Positions 29,046 through 38,831 of a DNA stretch of 64,000 bases are shown in pieces. The number at the start of each line of letters is the position of its first letter. Positions within the stretch are counted from its first letter, which is position 1. Below the pieces are notes generated by a model that saw only the letters and a program-made list of their open reading frames with translations, was not told the origin of the DNA and did no database searches. This stretch comes from Desulfatiglandales bacterium (GTDB lineage: Bacteria; Desulfobacterota; DSM-4660; Desulfatiglandales; HGW-15), in contig CAXXJJ010000003.1 of NCBI GenBank assembly GCA_963667015.2, positions 32,001 through 96,000 of the forward strand, in the 5' to 3' direction. Position numbers and translations under genes: made by a program.

Positions 29046-29156
29046 TCGGTGCTTCTCCGCCGGCAATCTTTGAATTCAAATATCGAATCAGTACTTGAGA
29101 ACTAAGATCAACGGCGTTTCTACTTCACGCTCTTTCGAACGTTTTGCCTTTATCAA
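29046..29156 (-). ncRNA. Degenerate c-di-GMP-I (GEMM-I)-like riboswitch
   Basis: Minus strand AAAGGCAAA-ACGUUC-GAAA-GAGCGU, then CGCCG..GAUCU...AGAUUGCCGGCG..ACCGA; canonical GACGCAAA linker replaced by GAAGUAGAAA. Confidence 0.55.
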
Positions 29157-29210
29157 GAGGTAAAACAAAAAAACAGTTAGTACTTAAATCGAACACTGTC
29201 TCAGAATTTA

Positions 29211-29226
29211 AGCAATATCAGTGCCA
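29211..29226 (-). promoter_or_regulatory. Sigma54 (-24/-12) promoter
   Basis: Minus strand TGGCAC-TGATA-TTGCT, consensus match pointing toward the PKD gene. Confidence 0.8.
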
Positions 29227-29467
29227 AAATATCTAAAAAAATATTTACCCCAGCTACCTGTTGATTTTGTTAGCTTTTTTTAATATTGCCCTTTTAAAGG
29301 AGGAACCTGTGGTTGGGAAATTAAAAATTAAAGTTATCTAAAAAAATACAGTGTAGTCAAATAAATAACGTAAAGACCTTTATGAAACGTCAAATAAAAA
29401 ACATCATGGGGTAATATTGACGTTTTATGGGCGGTATTTTTTTATCTATCAGGATATAATGAGCTGG

Positions 29468-29698
29468 TTATTTTCGTTTGAGGGGTTTAAAAAGATATTC
29501 AAGTCCGTTGACTTTAATCTCATATACGCTTCTTAACATATCTCCCAGGTCACCGGTCGGAAAGCCTTTTCCAGCAAACCATACAAGATAAGGTTCGGGA
29601 AGATCGATCAGCGATCTTCCCTGATATTTTCCAAAGGGCATTTTTGTTTTTACCAGTTTTATCAGGTATTGGGGATTTGGCGTGACGTCTTCGGCCAT
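29468..29698 (-). CDS. DUF3820-family small protein
   Basis: MPFGKYQGRSLIDLPEPYLVWF..KGFP.G.LG....VYEIKVNGLE. Confidence 0.85.
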   Translation of the reverse strand: MAEDVTPNPQYLIKLVKTKMPFGKYQGRSLIDLPEPYLVWFAGKGFPTGDLGDMLRSVYEIKVNGLEYLFKPLKRK

Positions 29699-29706
29699 GT
29701 ATAAAA

Positions 29707-31395
29707 TCAGCTCCTCGTAAGCTGGCGGTATTTGATCCTGTGCGGGTTAGCTGCAGCCTCACCAAGTCTGGCCTTTTTGTCCTTTTCGTATTCGGTGTAA
29801 TTACCGTCAAACCACACTGCCTTGCTGTCACCTTCAAATGCAAGGATGTGTGTTGCAATCCTGTCAAGAAACCACCTGTCATGGCTTATTATGATTGCAC
29901 ATCCGCCGAAGTTTTCTATGGCCTCTTCAAGCGCCCTCAGTGTATTCACGTCCAGGTCGTTTGTAGGTTCGTCAAGGAGCAGCACATTGCCGCCTTCCTT
30001 GAGCATCCTTGCCAGATGAACACGGTTTCTTTCTCCACCCGAAATATTGCCCACCTTTTTCTGCTGATCACTTCCAGAAAAATTAAACCTTGCAACATAG
30101 GCCCTGGAGTTTACCTCCCTGTCACCAAGTTCGATAGTGTCGTGGCCTTCGGAAATTGTCTCCCATATGGATTTATCAGGGGAGAGTATGTCCCTGCTCT
30201 GGTCCACATAGGCCAGTTTTACTGTATCGCCTATTTTGAATTCTCCCGATGTAACCTGCTCCTGCCCGGTTATCATCTTGAAGAGCGTGGTTTTACCTGC
30301 GCCGTTAGGCCCAATTACGCCTACAATGGCTCCTGAAGGTACTGAGAATGAAAGATCACCGATAAGCAGCCTGTCATCATAGGCCTTGCTTATGTTTTTA
30401 GCTTCAATAACAACATTGCCCAGCCTTGGTCCGGGCGGAATGTATATCTCAAGTTCTCTTTCCTTTTCCTTAGTCTCCTGGCTCATCAGGCTTTCATAGG
30501 CGCTTATACGTGCCTTTGCCTTGGCATGCCTACCCTTGGGAGACATCCTGATCCATTCAAGCTCTCTTTCGAGCGTCTTTCTTCTCTTGCTCTCTCCCTT
30601 TTCTTCAAGCGAGAGCCTTTTCTGCTTCTGTTCAAGCCATGAGGAGTAGTTGCCTTTCCACGGGATGCCTTCTCCCCGGTCCAGTTCGAGTATCCATCCC
30701 GCAACATTGTCCAGAAAATACCTGTCATGGGTTACGGCAATTACTGTTCCTTCATACCTCTGAAGGTGCTGTTCCAGCCATGCAACGGTTTCTGCATCAA
30801 GATGGTTGGTGGGCTCATCAAGGAGAAGGATATCGGGTTTTTTAAGAAGAAGCCTGCACAGTGCAACTCGGCGTCTTTCACCGCCCGAGAGCACATTAAC
30901 CGGCGTGTCTCCTTCGGGACAGCGCAGGGCATCCATTGCCATTTCAAGCCGTGAATCAATATCCCAGGCATCAAGGGCGTCTATCTTTTCCTGCACCTCA
31001 CCCTGTCTTTCTATAAGACTGTTCATCTCGTCATCGGACATGGGTTCTGCGAATTTCTCGTTTATTTCGTTAAATTCCTTTAAAAGGTCAACAGCCTCCT
31101 GGAGTCCTTCCTCCACAATCTGTCTTACCGTCTTTGAATCGTCAAGTTTCGGTTCCTGCTCGAGCAGTCCTACAGTAAGACCCGGAGACATACTCGTTTC
31201 ACCGTTAAACTCCTTGTCGACCCCTGCAAAGATCCTCAGGAGCGTACTTTTTCCGGACCCGTTCAGGCCCAGCACACCTATTTTTGCACCGTAAAAATAT
31301 GAAATGGAGATATCCTTTATGACCGGTTTTTTGTCATAAAACTTGCTCACCTTCATCATTGAATAGATGATTTTGTTTGGTTCCTGCTGGCTCAT
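29707..31395 (-). CDS. ettA: Energy-dependent translational throttle protein (ABC-F)
   Basis: YGAKIGVLGLNGSGKST, LSGGERRRVALC, ELEWIRMSPKGRHAK, HRIKY. Confidence 0.95.
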   Translation of the reverse strand: MSQQEPNKIIYSMMKVSKFYDKKPVIKDISISYFYGAKIGVLGLNGSGKSTLLRIFAGVDKEFNGETSMSPGLTVGLLEQEPKLDDSKTVRQIVEEGLQEAVDLLKEFNEINEKFAEPMSDDEMNSLIERQGEVQEKIDALDAWDIDSRLEMAMDALRCPEGDTPVNVLSGGERRRVALCRLLLKKPDILLLDEPTNHLDAETVAWLEQHLQRYEGTVIAVTHDRYFLDNVAGWILELDRGEGIPWKGNYSSWLEQKQKRLSLEEKGESKRRKTLERELEWIRMSPKGRHAKAKARISAYESLMSQETKEKERELEIYIPPGPRLGNVVIEAKNISKAYDDRLLIGDLSFSVPSGAIVGVIGPNGAGKTTLFKMITGQEQVTSGEFKIGDTVKLAYVDQSRDILSPDKSIWETISEGHDTIELGDREVNSRAYVARFNFSGSDQQKKVGNISGGERNRVHLARMLKEGGNVLLLDEPTNDLDVNTLRALEEAIENFGGCAIIISHDRWFLDRIATHILAFEGDSKAVWFDGNYTEYEKDKKARLGEAAANPHRIKYRQLTRS

Positions 31396-31399
31396 ATAA

Positions 31400-32845
31400 T
31401 TATATATCCTCCTTCGCCAGTTCTCTGGATTCCTTGATATCCAGATAATTTTTATATATTACATAATACTTGTTTATATTGCTCACATATTTGACAGGTT
31501 CCTGGCCAATATATTTAAGCACTGCAACCTCGACATTCCTGAACCACTGGTTGGGGTCAAGGTTCATGGCCTTTGCCTTCCTTCTTGCCCTGTTAATTTT
31601 AGCAGGACCTGCGTTATATGCTGCCAGAGAAAATCGTACCCTGTCTTTCTCACTGATGTTATCGTCTGAGTAGTACCTTGTTCGTATAAAATCAAGATAT
31701 TTCACTGCAGCGTGAATATTATTTTCAACAACTATGACATCTTTGATTCCGACCTTGGGATCATCTGCCGTGGAGGGCTTTATCTGCATCAGGCCTACTG
31801 CACCCTTATCACTCTTTTTATCTTGATTTAGCCCGGATTCCTGAAATGCCATGGATAGAATAAGTTTCCAGTCAAAACCATATTTATATGAATACTTCTG
31901 AATCAGGGGTTTATATTCTGCCGCCCTTTGTTCAAGTTTGCCCTTCAGGGGGTTTTTTATCCATTTCATATTTTCGTAATAACGGGCAAAAAACAAATTA
32001 CCCATAAAGGTGCCTTTTTTGTGATTCTCTATAAAGCTGTTGAGGCTCTCTTTAAGCAGGGGGTTGTCCTTGCGCACTGCCCATGCAATATGGACACTTT
32101 TCCTGAACCTGATTTCCGGGTGGAGCCTGATATCTGGAAGGACCTTTGACCATATTTCAGCAAGATGACTGTCGCATATGGTCATGTCTATAGCACCCGT
32201 GTTGATCATTTCGAGGATATCCTCTGATTCAAGGTTTTCATCCGCCTCAATGATCTTTATTGGCTTCATATTCTTTAATTTAAAAACATTGTTTATTATT
32301 GTCATGCTTTCAAAGTAGCTGCTGCTTTTTCTTACGAAAACCTCTTTGCCTGCAAGATCATCGCGGCTGCTGACAGGTTCCGCATCTTTATATGTTACCA
32401 GTATCTCCGATATTTCAGAGAGGTATGGATCGGTAAAATCAACCTGAAGTTTTCTTTTGGGTGTGACTGTCAATCCTGCAGCGGCTATGTCACCATAACC
32501 GTTGATAAGACTTTCAAGCAGCCGGTCCCTTGGCACGGGTATAAACTCAAGTACTGTTTTCAGTTTCCTCCGGCTTTTTCCCTTATTAAGCTGTTTTTCA
32601 TACTGTTTTAACAGTGAATATTCAAATCCATGGGGATTTATACCGTCCAGGAAGAAATTGGTGTGGTTTATTGTGGTCAACACACGTATATACTGTCTTT
32701 CCAGCATGGCCGGAAGATCATCTTTCCTGATTTCGCTGAGATGGGAGTCAAGGGGATGCTGAAGGGGTGGTTCCTGTTCATCCGCCTGAATCTGAAGAGA
32801 AAAAATAATAAAAAGAATCAGCAGAAATAATTTTGATTTATCCAT
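31400..32845 (-). CDS. MltF-like lytic transglycosylase (substrate-binding + SLT domain)
   Basis: GDIAAAGLTVTPKR..VDFTDPY; AFQESGL, GAVGLMQI, AAYNAGP, EPVKYV. Confidence 0.85.
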   Translation of the reverse strand: MDKSKLFLLILFIIFSLQIQADEQEPPLQHPLDSHLSEIRKDDLPAMLERQYIRVLTTINHTNFFLDGINPHGFEYSLLKQYEKQLNKGKSRRKLKTVLEFIPVPRDRLLESLINGYGDIAAAGLTVTPKRKLQVDFTDPYLSEISEILVTYKDAEPVSSRDDLAGKEVFVRKSSSYFESMTIINNVFKLKNMKPIKIIEADENLESEDILEMINTGAIDMTICDSHLAEIWSKVLPDIRLHPEIRFRKSVHIAWAVRKDNPLLKESLNSFIENHKKGTFMGNLFFARYYENMKWIKNPLKGKLEQRAAEYKPLIQKYSYKYGFDWKLILSMAFQESGLNQDKKSDKGAVGLMQIKPSTADDPKVGIKDVIVVENNIHAAVKYLDFIRTRYYSDDNISEKDRVRFSLAAYNAGPAKINRARRKAKAMNLDPNQWFRNVEVAVLKYIGQEPVKYVSNINKYYVIYKNYLDIKESRELAKEDI

Positions 32846-32857
32846 GGTCTCCTTTTA

Positions 32858-33406
32858 TTAAAGGTTTTCGTCTTGAGTCTTCCAGTTCCTGTATTTCTGT
32901 AACTCCCCCTGCATGGATCTTATTATTGTTGTGAGCAGGGCAATATCATCCACTAAACCCACAAAGGGAATAAAGTCTGGGATGATATCCGTCGGAATTA
33001 TAAAGTAAATCAGTCCGCCGGCGATAATCCCCAGGTTTACCGGATGGAGATTGTAGTTACCCTTAAGGGCATCCTTTGTAAGATTGTAGAGGTCTTTTAC
33101 ATCTTTGATGATATGCTTTATTGCGCCTGAAGTGTGATTGATTTTGCTGGAGAATGAAGCGTCGTTTACATACTGGCCGTAGTCTTTACCATCCGAGAAA
33201 CTGAGTATCCTGTCATAATGTTTTTTCTGCTGGGGATCGGATAAAACGCCATAGGCAATATTGAGGGTCTTTGTCATCTCCTCAGCCTTTTTAAGACGAT
33301 CAGGGTTTTTATCCGGGTGCCACTCCTTCAATTTTTCCCGATAGGCCTGTTTTATTTTGTCAGGTTCAGCGTTATCATCTATGCCAAGCAGTTCGTAATA
33401 GTCCAT
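32858..33406 (-). CDS. J-domain protein fused to DUF1232 (YkvA-like)
   Basis: MDYYELLG...WHPDKN...AYGVLSDP; YFIIPTDIIPDFIPFVGLVDD. Confidence 0.85.
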   Translation of the reverse strand: MDYYELLGIDDNAEPDKIKQAYREKLKEWHPDKNPDRLKKAEEMTKTLNIAYGVLSDPQQKKHYDRILSFSDGKDYGQYVNDASFSSKINHTSGAIKHIIKDVKDLYNLTKDALKGNYNLHPVNLGIIAGGLIYFIIPTDIIPDFIPFVGLVDDIALLTTIIRSMQGELQKYRNWKTQDENL

Positions 33407-33548
33407 ATTTATTAAAGAAAAAGAGGTTTAATGTTGTAAAGCAACTAAAAGATTGTCAGCAGCTCAAAATTAATTGGGGAAGTTTATTTTAATTTAATTC
33501 CTATGTCTACCAATTTCAGGATCGGTATTTTGTTTATTGGATTAAGTA

Positions 33549-33588
33549 TTGACAAAAATATCAGATGTGATATTAGGGCTATCTAATA
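33549..33588 (+). promoter_or_regulatory. Putative sigma70 promoter with palindromic operator TATTAG-N6-CTAATA (copy 1)
   Basis: TTGACA 33549-54, 16 nt, TATTAG 33571-76 (preceded by TGa), CTAATA 33583-88; same layout at 39392. Confidence 0.65.
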
Positions 33589-33605
33589 AAAGTAGAGAAT
33601 AAAAA

Positions 33606-33690
33606 CGCCTTACGGCTTTCGACCAAAACAGGTGCGTAATGAAGTGAAGGTGCAATACGGTTTTGCAACCGTTTTGCACCTTTTTTATTT
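33606..33690 (+). promoter_or_regulatory. Conserved leader RNA with intrinsic terminator (candidate riboswitch/attenuator, copy 1)
   Basis: cgccttacggctttcgacc-aaaaca-ggtgcgtaatgaagtg-aaggtgcaa...ttgcacctttttt; homologous to 39462-39547. Confidence 0.7.
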
Positions 33691-33704
33691 TAAGGAGGTA
33701 AGAT

Positions 33705-34076
33705 TTGGAAAAAGGATTTGAAATAGATTCAAGAAGCAGTGTCGGCAATCTTCATGTGTCTCTGGCAGGGGAATTCAACGGGATGTGTGCATGGGAACTG
33801 ATAAAGACTATAAAACTCAATAAAACATGCGGGGGCAGGGTTTTTATTAATACAAAGGAACTCAAAAAAATATCACCAGACGGGATTGACCTGTTTAAGA
33901 CCCATATGTGCGGGAATAAACTTAAAAGGGACTGGCTTTATTTTAAGGGAATAAAAGGATTTGAGATTGCCCCGGACGGAAGCCGTGTTCTTGTCTGCGG
34001 AAACAGTGATGATAAAAGGGAAAAAAAGAACCTTAAAAGGGCATTTGGACCCTTTCGGTGTGTCAGCAGGAGTTGA
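33705..34076 (+). CDS. Hypothetical STAS-like small protein
   Basis: AAGGAGG RBS + TTG; NLHVSLAGEFNGMCAWELI...VFINTKELKKISPDG resembles STAS topology. Confidence 0.6.
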   Translation: MEKGFEIDSRSSVGNLHVSLAGEFNGMCAWELIKTIKLNKTCGGRVFINTKELKKISPDGIDLFKTHMCGNKLKRDWLYFKGIKGFEIAPDGSRVLVCGNSDDKREKKNLKRAFGPFRCVSRS

Positions 34077-34127
34077 TGGTTCGGAATATGCTGACAGGGA
34101 TTCCGAATTACCTACAGGAGTGATTAT

Positions 34128-35057
34128 ATGGATATGGAAAAACTGGAGGAGAATGTAAGGGAACGGTTCAATATGGATCTACATGCATTCTTAAGACAGA
34201 AAATCGAAAAGGAATCATATTATAGTTATGAGGTTGCTGAAATGTTGGATATGAGCGTATCGGATGTGCGTATTCTCCGGAACGTCTTCGGTGTAAAAAG
34301 GGGAAGTGTATTTGAAAAACAGTTTAAAAAAAAATACGGCAGGGGATCACTGGAAACCTTCAGGATAATGATATCGGATTCGGATACTACCCTGGCTGAT
34401 GTGGGGAGATATTTCGGATTTTCAAGAGAATATGCACGTCAGGTTTACAGAAAAATTTATGGTAAGCCATATACTCAGAATCATGAAAGAAAAATGGCTG
34501 TATGGCAGGAAAGAAGTGAGAAGTCTAAAAAATATTATCCTGTCCCTGAAGCTGCGTACAAAATTATCTCAAAGCTTTGCACCATGGGATACAGGCCTGA
34601 GTATATCAAGCCTGGCAGCAGATACTGGATTGCAGTGAACGGGTATCGCATATTATTGAGGTCCGGGAGGCACCCTGCCAGGAACGGAAGACAGCTTTAT
34701 TTTCAGATTAACCTGGATAGAAAACTATCAAAGAAAGAACTGGATTTCTGTATCTGCATGCTTGGATATGGAACTACAGAGATATTCTATATCATACCCA
34801 CGGATATTTTGAATGGATACAGTATTTCACTGCCCACGGCCGAGAATGCGCATGGTAAGAAGTATGCAAACTATCTTGAAGCATGGCATCTCCTGAAACC
34901 GGAGGTGTCCTCTCCAGTATATAATCCAAATAAAAGACGCGGCTTTATCAACTGCAGGTCAAGGCTTATACACCCCAACCCTATCTCTATTGAAATCAGC
35001 GCCATGCTGAACAACAGGGGAACCGGAAAGGAAGAGACCGGTAAAAGTTATCTTTAA
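34128..35057 (+). CDS. Hypothetical nucleic-acid-binding protein with two HTH-like segments
   Basis: SYEVAEMLDMSVSDVR and TLADVGRYFGFSREYARQVY; C-terminal LDFCIC...FYIIP...YLEAWHLL. Confidence 0.6.
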   Translation: MDMEKLEENVRERFNMDLHAFLRQKIEKESYYSYEVAEMLDMSVSDVRILRNVFGVKRGSVFEKQFKKKYGRGSLETFRIMISDSDTTLADVGRYFGFSREYARQVYRKIYGKPYTQNHERKMAVWQERSEKSKKYYPVPEAAYKIISKLCTMGYRPEYIKPGSRYWIAVNGYRILLRSGRHPARNGRQLYFQINLDRKLSKKELDFCICMLGYGTTEIFYIIPTDILNGYSISLPTAENAHGKKYANYLEAWHLLKPEVSSPVYNPNKRRGFINCRSRLIHPNPISIEISAMLNNRGTGKEETGKSYL

Positions 35058-35086
35058 AAAAATATTTTTAAAAAGAAGGAGAAAAA

Positions 35087-36994
35087 ATGAAAATAGCAGT
35101 TTTGATTACAGGGATATTCTTTCTGTCTTTTATTTCTGTTAAAGCCTTTGCGCATGAAGGTGAAGGATCAGAAGGAGTAGCGGAGATGGAAAAGATGGTT
35201 GTTACCGCTACCATGAACGAGAAGATCATTAAAGATGCTCCCGGATCAATCGAGGTGATAACCGAAGATGATATTATTAATATGAACGCCGAAACAGTGT
35301 CCGATGTAATTGAAGAGGCAGCTGGTCTTCTTGTGACAACCGAGACAGGGAGACAGAAAAGACCCAGTATAAGGGGAACCAGCAATAAGCACACACTTGT
35401 ACTTATAGACGGACGCAGGATAGCTTCGGGATTCAAGGAGCTTTCAGGTGTGGAGCAGATTCCGGTCGAAATGATCCGAAGGATAGAGGTAGTTCGCGGC
35501 CCATCAGCTGCTATTTACGGAAGCGATGCGATTGGCGGTGTTATTAACATAATAACAAAAAGACCTTCGGAAGAGATAAGTATTGGGCTGACCGGTCAGT
35601 ACGGGCAGAGTATTCATGCAGAAGCCGGAGAAAAAACTGGAAGCGGTTATATCAGTAATTCTTCCGGTCGGTTTGGATTTATCCTGGCAGGGGGATACAG
35701 GGACAAGGAAGGGTATGACAGGGATGGTGTTACGCCTGATGATGGTGATTCAATAGAAATGAAATCCGCAGGCGGGCATGTTTCATTCAGGATAACCGAT
35801 GACCATGAAATCCTGTCGGGACTGGAGTTTGCCGAAAGAAATAGCGTTGGGTTGAGGGATTTGGAGGGTCAGGACAGAGAGAGGGACGCCGATTACAGGT
35901 ACCTCAATTATTTTGTTGAATACAATGGCAGGGTATCAGACCTTTCCACCCTGATGCTGAGGGCAAACCGGTCTGAACATGAAACTGAAATCAATATCAC
36001 ACCCGTGACCTCCATGATTGTCGGGGCCATAGGCGATGAAAATAATTCACAGAGATTTCTCAATCAGTTTGAGGGCAAGTATACTGCTGCAATATCTGAT
36101 AAACACCTTTTGACATTCGGAACGGAATACAGGGAAGAGGGAAGGGAAGATGATTCTGGCCTCGATAATGAGATCGATAACCTGAGTGCCTTTCTGCAGG
36201 ATGAATTCCAGGTGTCTGAAAAACTTTATCTCCTGCTGAGTGGGCGATGGGACGACTATTCCACCTTTGGTTCCAACTGGACCCCCAGGATTTCGGTCTC
36301 CTACCGGATTAATAATAATATCAGGCTTAAATCCTCATGGGCACAGGGATTCAGGTCCCCTGATATGATGGAGCTGTTTGTGCCTACCTATATGAAAAGA
36401 GGAAAACAGGTTTATGAACCAAATGAAGACCTGAACCCGGAAAGTTCCGACAGTTATGAGGCCGGCATTGAAGGTGAGTTCGGAAATTTCAGCGCCCGTG
36501 CCATGTGGTATAGAAACGATATAGAGAATCTTATTGAGGCGGTATGGTATTCGTCAGAAGGCAGCGGTAACAGCCGGAAGGATTATTATCAGTACCAGAA
36601 TATTTCAAAGGCCGTTATGACCGGAGTGGAGCTGGAATGCGGATACTGGTTTGACAGCGGCCTGGGGCTGTCTGGAAATATTGCCTGGCTGGATACTGAA
36701 AACAAACTGACAGGTGAAGAACTTGAAGGCCGTCCTGACTACAAGGGAACCCTCAAAATCAGTCATGATCGTTTGCCATGGGGCCTGAACGGAAATATCC
36801 ACATCAATTATACAGGAGAAAAATATTACTCAGACGAGCCGGAGGATGATGTTACCCTGGTAAACGTATACCTTGCCAAAAAGATTAATGAAAAAATCAA
36901 GGCATTTGCCGGCATGGACAATGTTTTTAATTCGGGTGACGAGACTGAAACCGAACCGGCCTTTATTTACAGCGGCCTGTCCTTCAGGTACTAG
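35087..36994 (+). CDS. TonB-dependent receptor (BtuB/CirA-like)
   Basis: Signal peptide, MVVTAT TonB box, LVLIDG, RIEVVRGPSAAIYGSDAIGGVINIIT, LNPE, terminal aromatic residue. Confidence 0.93.
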   Translation: MKIAVLITGIFFLSFISVKAFAHEGEGSEGVAEMEKMVVTATMNEKIIKDAPGSIEVITEDDIINMNAETVSDVIEEAAGLLVTTETGRQKRPSIRGTSNKHTLVLIDGRRIASGFKELSGVEQIPVEMIRRIEVVRGPSAAIYGSDAIGGVINIITKRPSEEISIGLTGQYGQSIHAEAGEKTGSGYISNSSGRFGFILAGGYRDKEGYDRDGVTPDDGDSIEMKSAGGHVSFRITDDHEILSGLEFAERNSVGLRDLEGQDRERDADYRYLNYFVEYNGRVSDLSTLMLRANRSEHETEINITPVTSMIVGAIGDENNSQRFLNQFEGKYTAAISDKHLLTFGTEYREEGREDDSGLDNEIDNLSAFLQDEFQVSEKLYLLLSGRWDDYSTFGSNWTPRISVSYRINNNIRLKSSWAQGFRSPDMMELFVPTYMKRGKQVYEPNEDLNPESSDSYEAGIEGEFGNFSARAMWYRNDIENLIEAVWYSSEGSGNSRKDYYQYQNISKAVMTGVELECGYWFDSGLGLSGNIAWLDTENKLTGEELEGRPDYKGTLKISHDRLPWGLNGNIHINYTGEKYYSDEPEDDVTLVNVYLAKKINEKIKAFAGMDNVFNSGDETETEPAFIYSGLSFRY

Positions 36995-36996
36995 AA

Positions 36997-37518
36997 ATGG
37001 ATAATAATATTCCTAAATGTTTTATCCTGGCATCATTATTTTTTATGGTGCTGGGAGTTCTTGAAGGGATTATGCTTCCAACGAAGTTTCAGTTTCAGTC
37101 ATTTTATGCCTCGGTGCTGTATATTCCCCCGGAACTCATAAAACCTTTTTTCGGGACTTTCCTGACAAAGATACACACACATATAAACCTTATAGGGTGG
37201 GTGGGGAGCACTCTTATGGGCATACTCTATTTTATTACTCCCCAGATAAGCGGAAATTATCAATATAACCGGCCCATGGCATGGTGCAATCTGGGATGTC
37301 ATGTGGCCGGTCTTATCTTGTTCACCCTGGGGTTTCATATGACTGGCGTGGTTGGTCTTTCAAGCGGCGAAGCCCCGGGGTCCGAGGCATTCAGGTCTGC
37401 GGTCGGTCATTGTAAAGTCTTTACAATGGCCGGCGGGATACTGGTTGCTATCTCAACATTCATATTTGTCTTTAATATGGTCGGGATATTGTATGGAAAG
37501 AAACCGGAGGCGAAATAA
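36997..37518 (+). CDS. Small membrane protein with HTH(I)NLIGW motif (heme-copper oxidase subunit I-related)
   Basis: About four hydrophobic helices, IHTHINLIGW; abuts the receptor gene. Confidence 0.6.
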   Translation: MDNNIPKCFILASLFFMVLGVLEGIMLPTKFQFQSFYASVLYIPPELIKPFFGTFLTKIHTHINLIGWVGSTLMGILYFITPQISGNYQYNRPMAWCNLGCHVAGLILFTLGFHMTGVVGLSSGEAPGSEAFRSAVGHCKVFTMAGGILVAISTFIFVFNMVGILYGKKPEAK

Positions 37519-37529
37519 ATGAAAAGGGT

Positions 37530-38168
37530 TCAAAAAATTTTGTTTATAATAAAACTCATATAAAGACCATTTATTTCCAATCTATAATTAATAATATTGA
37601 GCTTTTGCAGCATGGATTCAATTTCTTCTGTCCTGCATGAGGCCCTTATGGATTCCCATATCCCTCTTTTTATCTTCAGGTAATAGAAAAGGCCTCCCCT
37701 GAAAAAATCATATATGTAAATAACACCATTTTCATTCAGGCAGTTATAAAGGTTTTTAATTCCCAGTAATGGATCAGTCAAGTGGTGCAATGAAAAGGTG
37801 GAGTAAATAACATCGAATGTTCCGAGACTCTTAATCAGTTCCGTGTCTTCAACAGCACCGCTTACAAACTTTATATGACTGCCAAATCCCTGGAGGCCTG
37901 AATATTCCTCTGCTACCTTTATCATGTCTGATGAATATTCAAGGCCTGTAATTTCATCAGGATTATACCCTTCCGCAACCAGGCAGGTCTGGCATCCGGA
38001 GCCAGGTCCAATCTCAAGGAACCTGCCGGATTTTTTGATCTGATCAAACCTGGAAAAGAAATCCTTGAAATAATATTTTCCTAAATTCTTCTACATCTTA
38101 AGGTGATCCTGAGTTGTCTGCTCTCCGGTTATTATTTCAAGATCGGTGTGTGGGATTCGTTTCGGCAT
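37530..38168 (-). pseudogene. Class I SAM methyltransferase interrupted by an in-frame TAG at codon 26
   Basis: ATG 38168: MPKRIPHTDLEIITGEQTTQDHLKM-TAG(38091-38093)-KNLGKYY...FLEIGPGSG...FDVIYSTFSLHH...LNENGVIYIYD. Confidence 0.75.
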
Positions 38169-38209
38169 TTAAATTTTCCTAGGCTGTTTGTATCATTTAA
38201 AATAATAAA

Positions 38210-38236
38210 CTTTGCGTCCTTAGCGTCTTTGCGGTT
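38210..38236. repeat. Short 9-bp tandem repeat
   Basis: ctttgcgtc-cttagcgtc-tttgcggtt. Confidence 0.45.
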
Positions 38237-38813
38237 AATCCTTTATTCCAATCAGCACACTGCGTCCGCCCATCTTTTTGGGATAGTCAAGTATCTTAAA
38301 CCCTAGCTCTTTTGTTAATGAGACCAGGTCTTCAAACATCTCTTTACTTACGTGCATTTTAGGTTCGGCAATAAGAATTTTTCCATTTTCATTAAGCATA
38401 GCCTTCATCTCATCAAGCAGGTTTCGGGGCGAGGGCGTTTCATGGACCATGTATACGGCAAGAATAAAGTCCGCCTTCTCCTTGAAGCCGATACTGTCCT
38501 GTTCACATTTGAAAAAACTGATACGCTCTTCAATATTATGTTTTTTTGCTTTTTTTCGCACATGGGAAAGCATCTTTTCCTGAAGGTCTACAGCTATCAC
38601 CTTTCCTTCAGGTCCGACAAGTTCTGCCATGTCTATTGTAAAAAATCCCGGTCCGCATCCTATGTCCATTGCTGTTGATCCTTTTGCAATATAAGGCTTA
38701 AGCATCTTTTTAGGGTTTTGAAAAAGCCTGCGAAAGGGATTATCCAGTATAAATGCTATCTGGTGCGGGCACACATGTGCTGACTGATTTTTTTCTAAAG
38801 CGATGTTTTCCAA
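38235..38813 (-). CDS. Class I SAM-dependent methyltransferase
   Basis: Probable TTG start 38813 after AGGAG; HVCP, DNPFRR, MDIGCGPGFFT, AVDLQEKM, VHE, GKILIAEP. Confidence 0.88.
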   Translation of the reverse strand: MENIALEKNQSAHVCPHQIAFILDNPFRRLFQNPKKMLKPYIAKGSTAMDIGCGPGFFTIDMAELVGPEGKVIAVDLQEKMLSHVRKKAKKHNIEERISFFKCEQDSIGFKEKADFILAVYMVHETPSPRNLLDEMKAMLNENGKILIAEPKMHVSKEMFEDLVSLTKELGFKILDYPKKMGGRSVLIGIKD

Positions 38814-38831
38814 TTTTGCTCTCCTTTGCAT

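Noticed and set aside
28998..29066. N-terminal extension of the PKD ORF to 29066
   Set aside because: Overlaps the riboswitch-like leader; ATG 28997 has the RBS and precedes the signal peptide.
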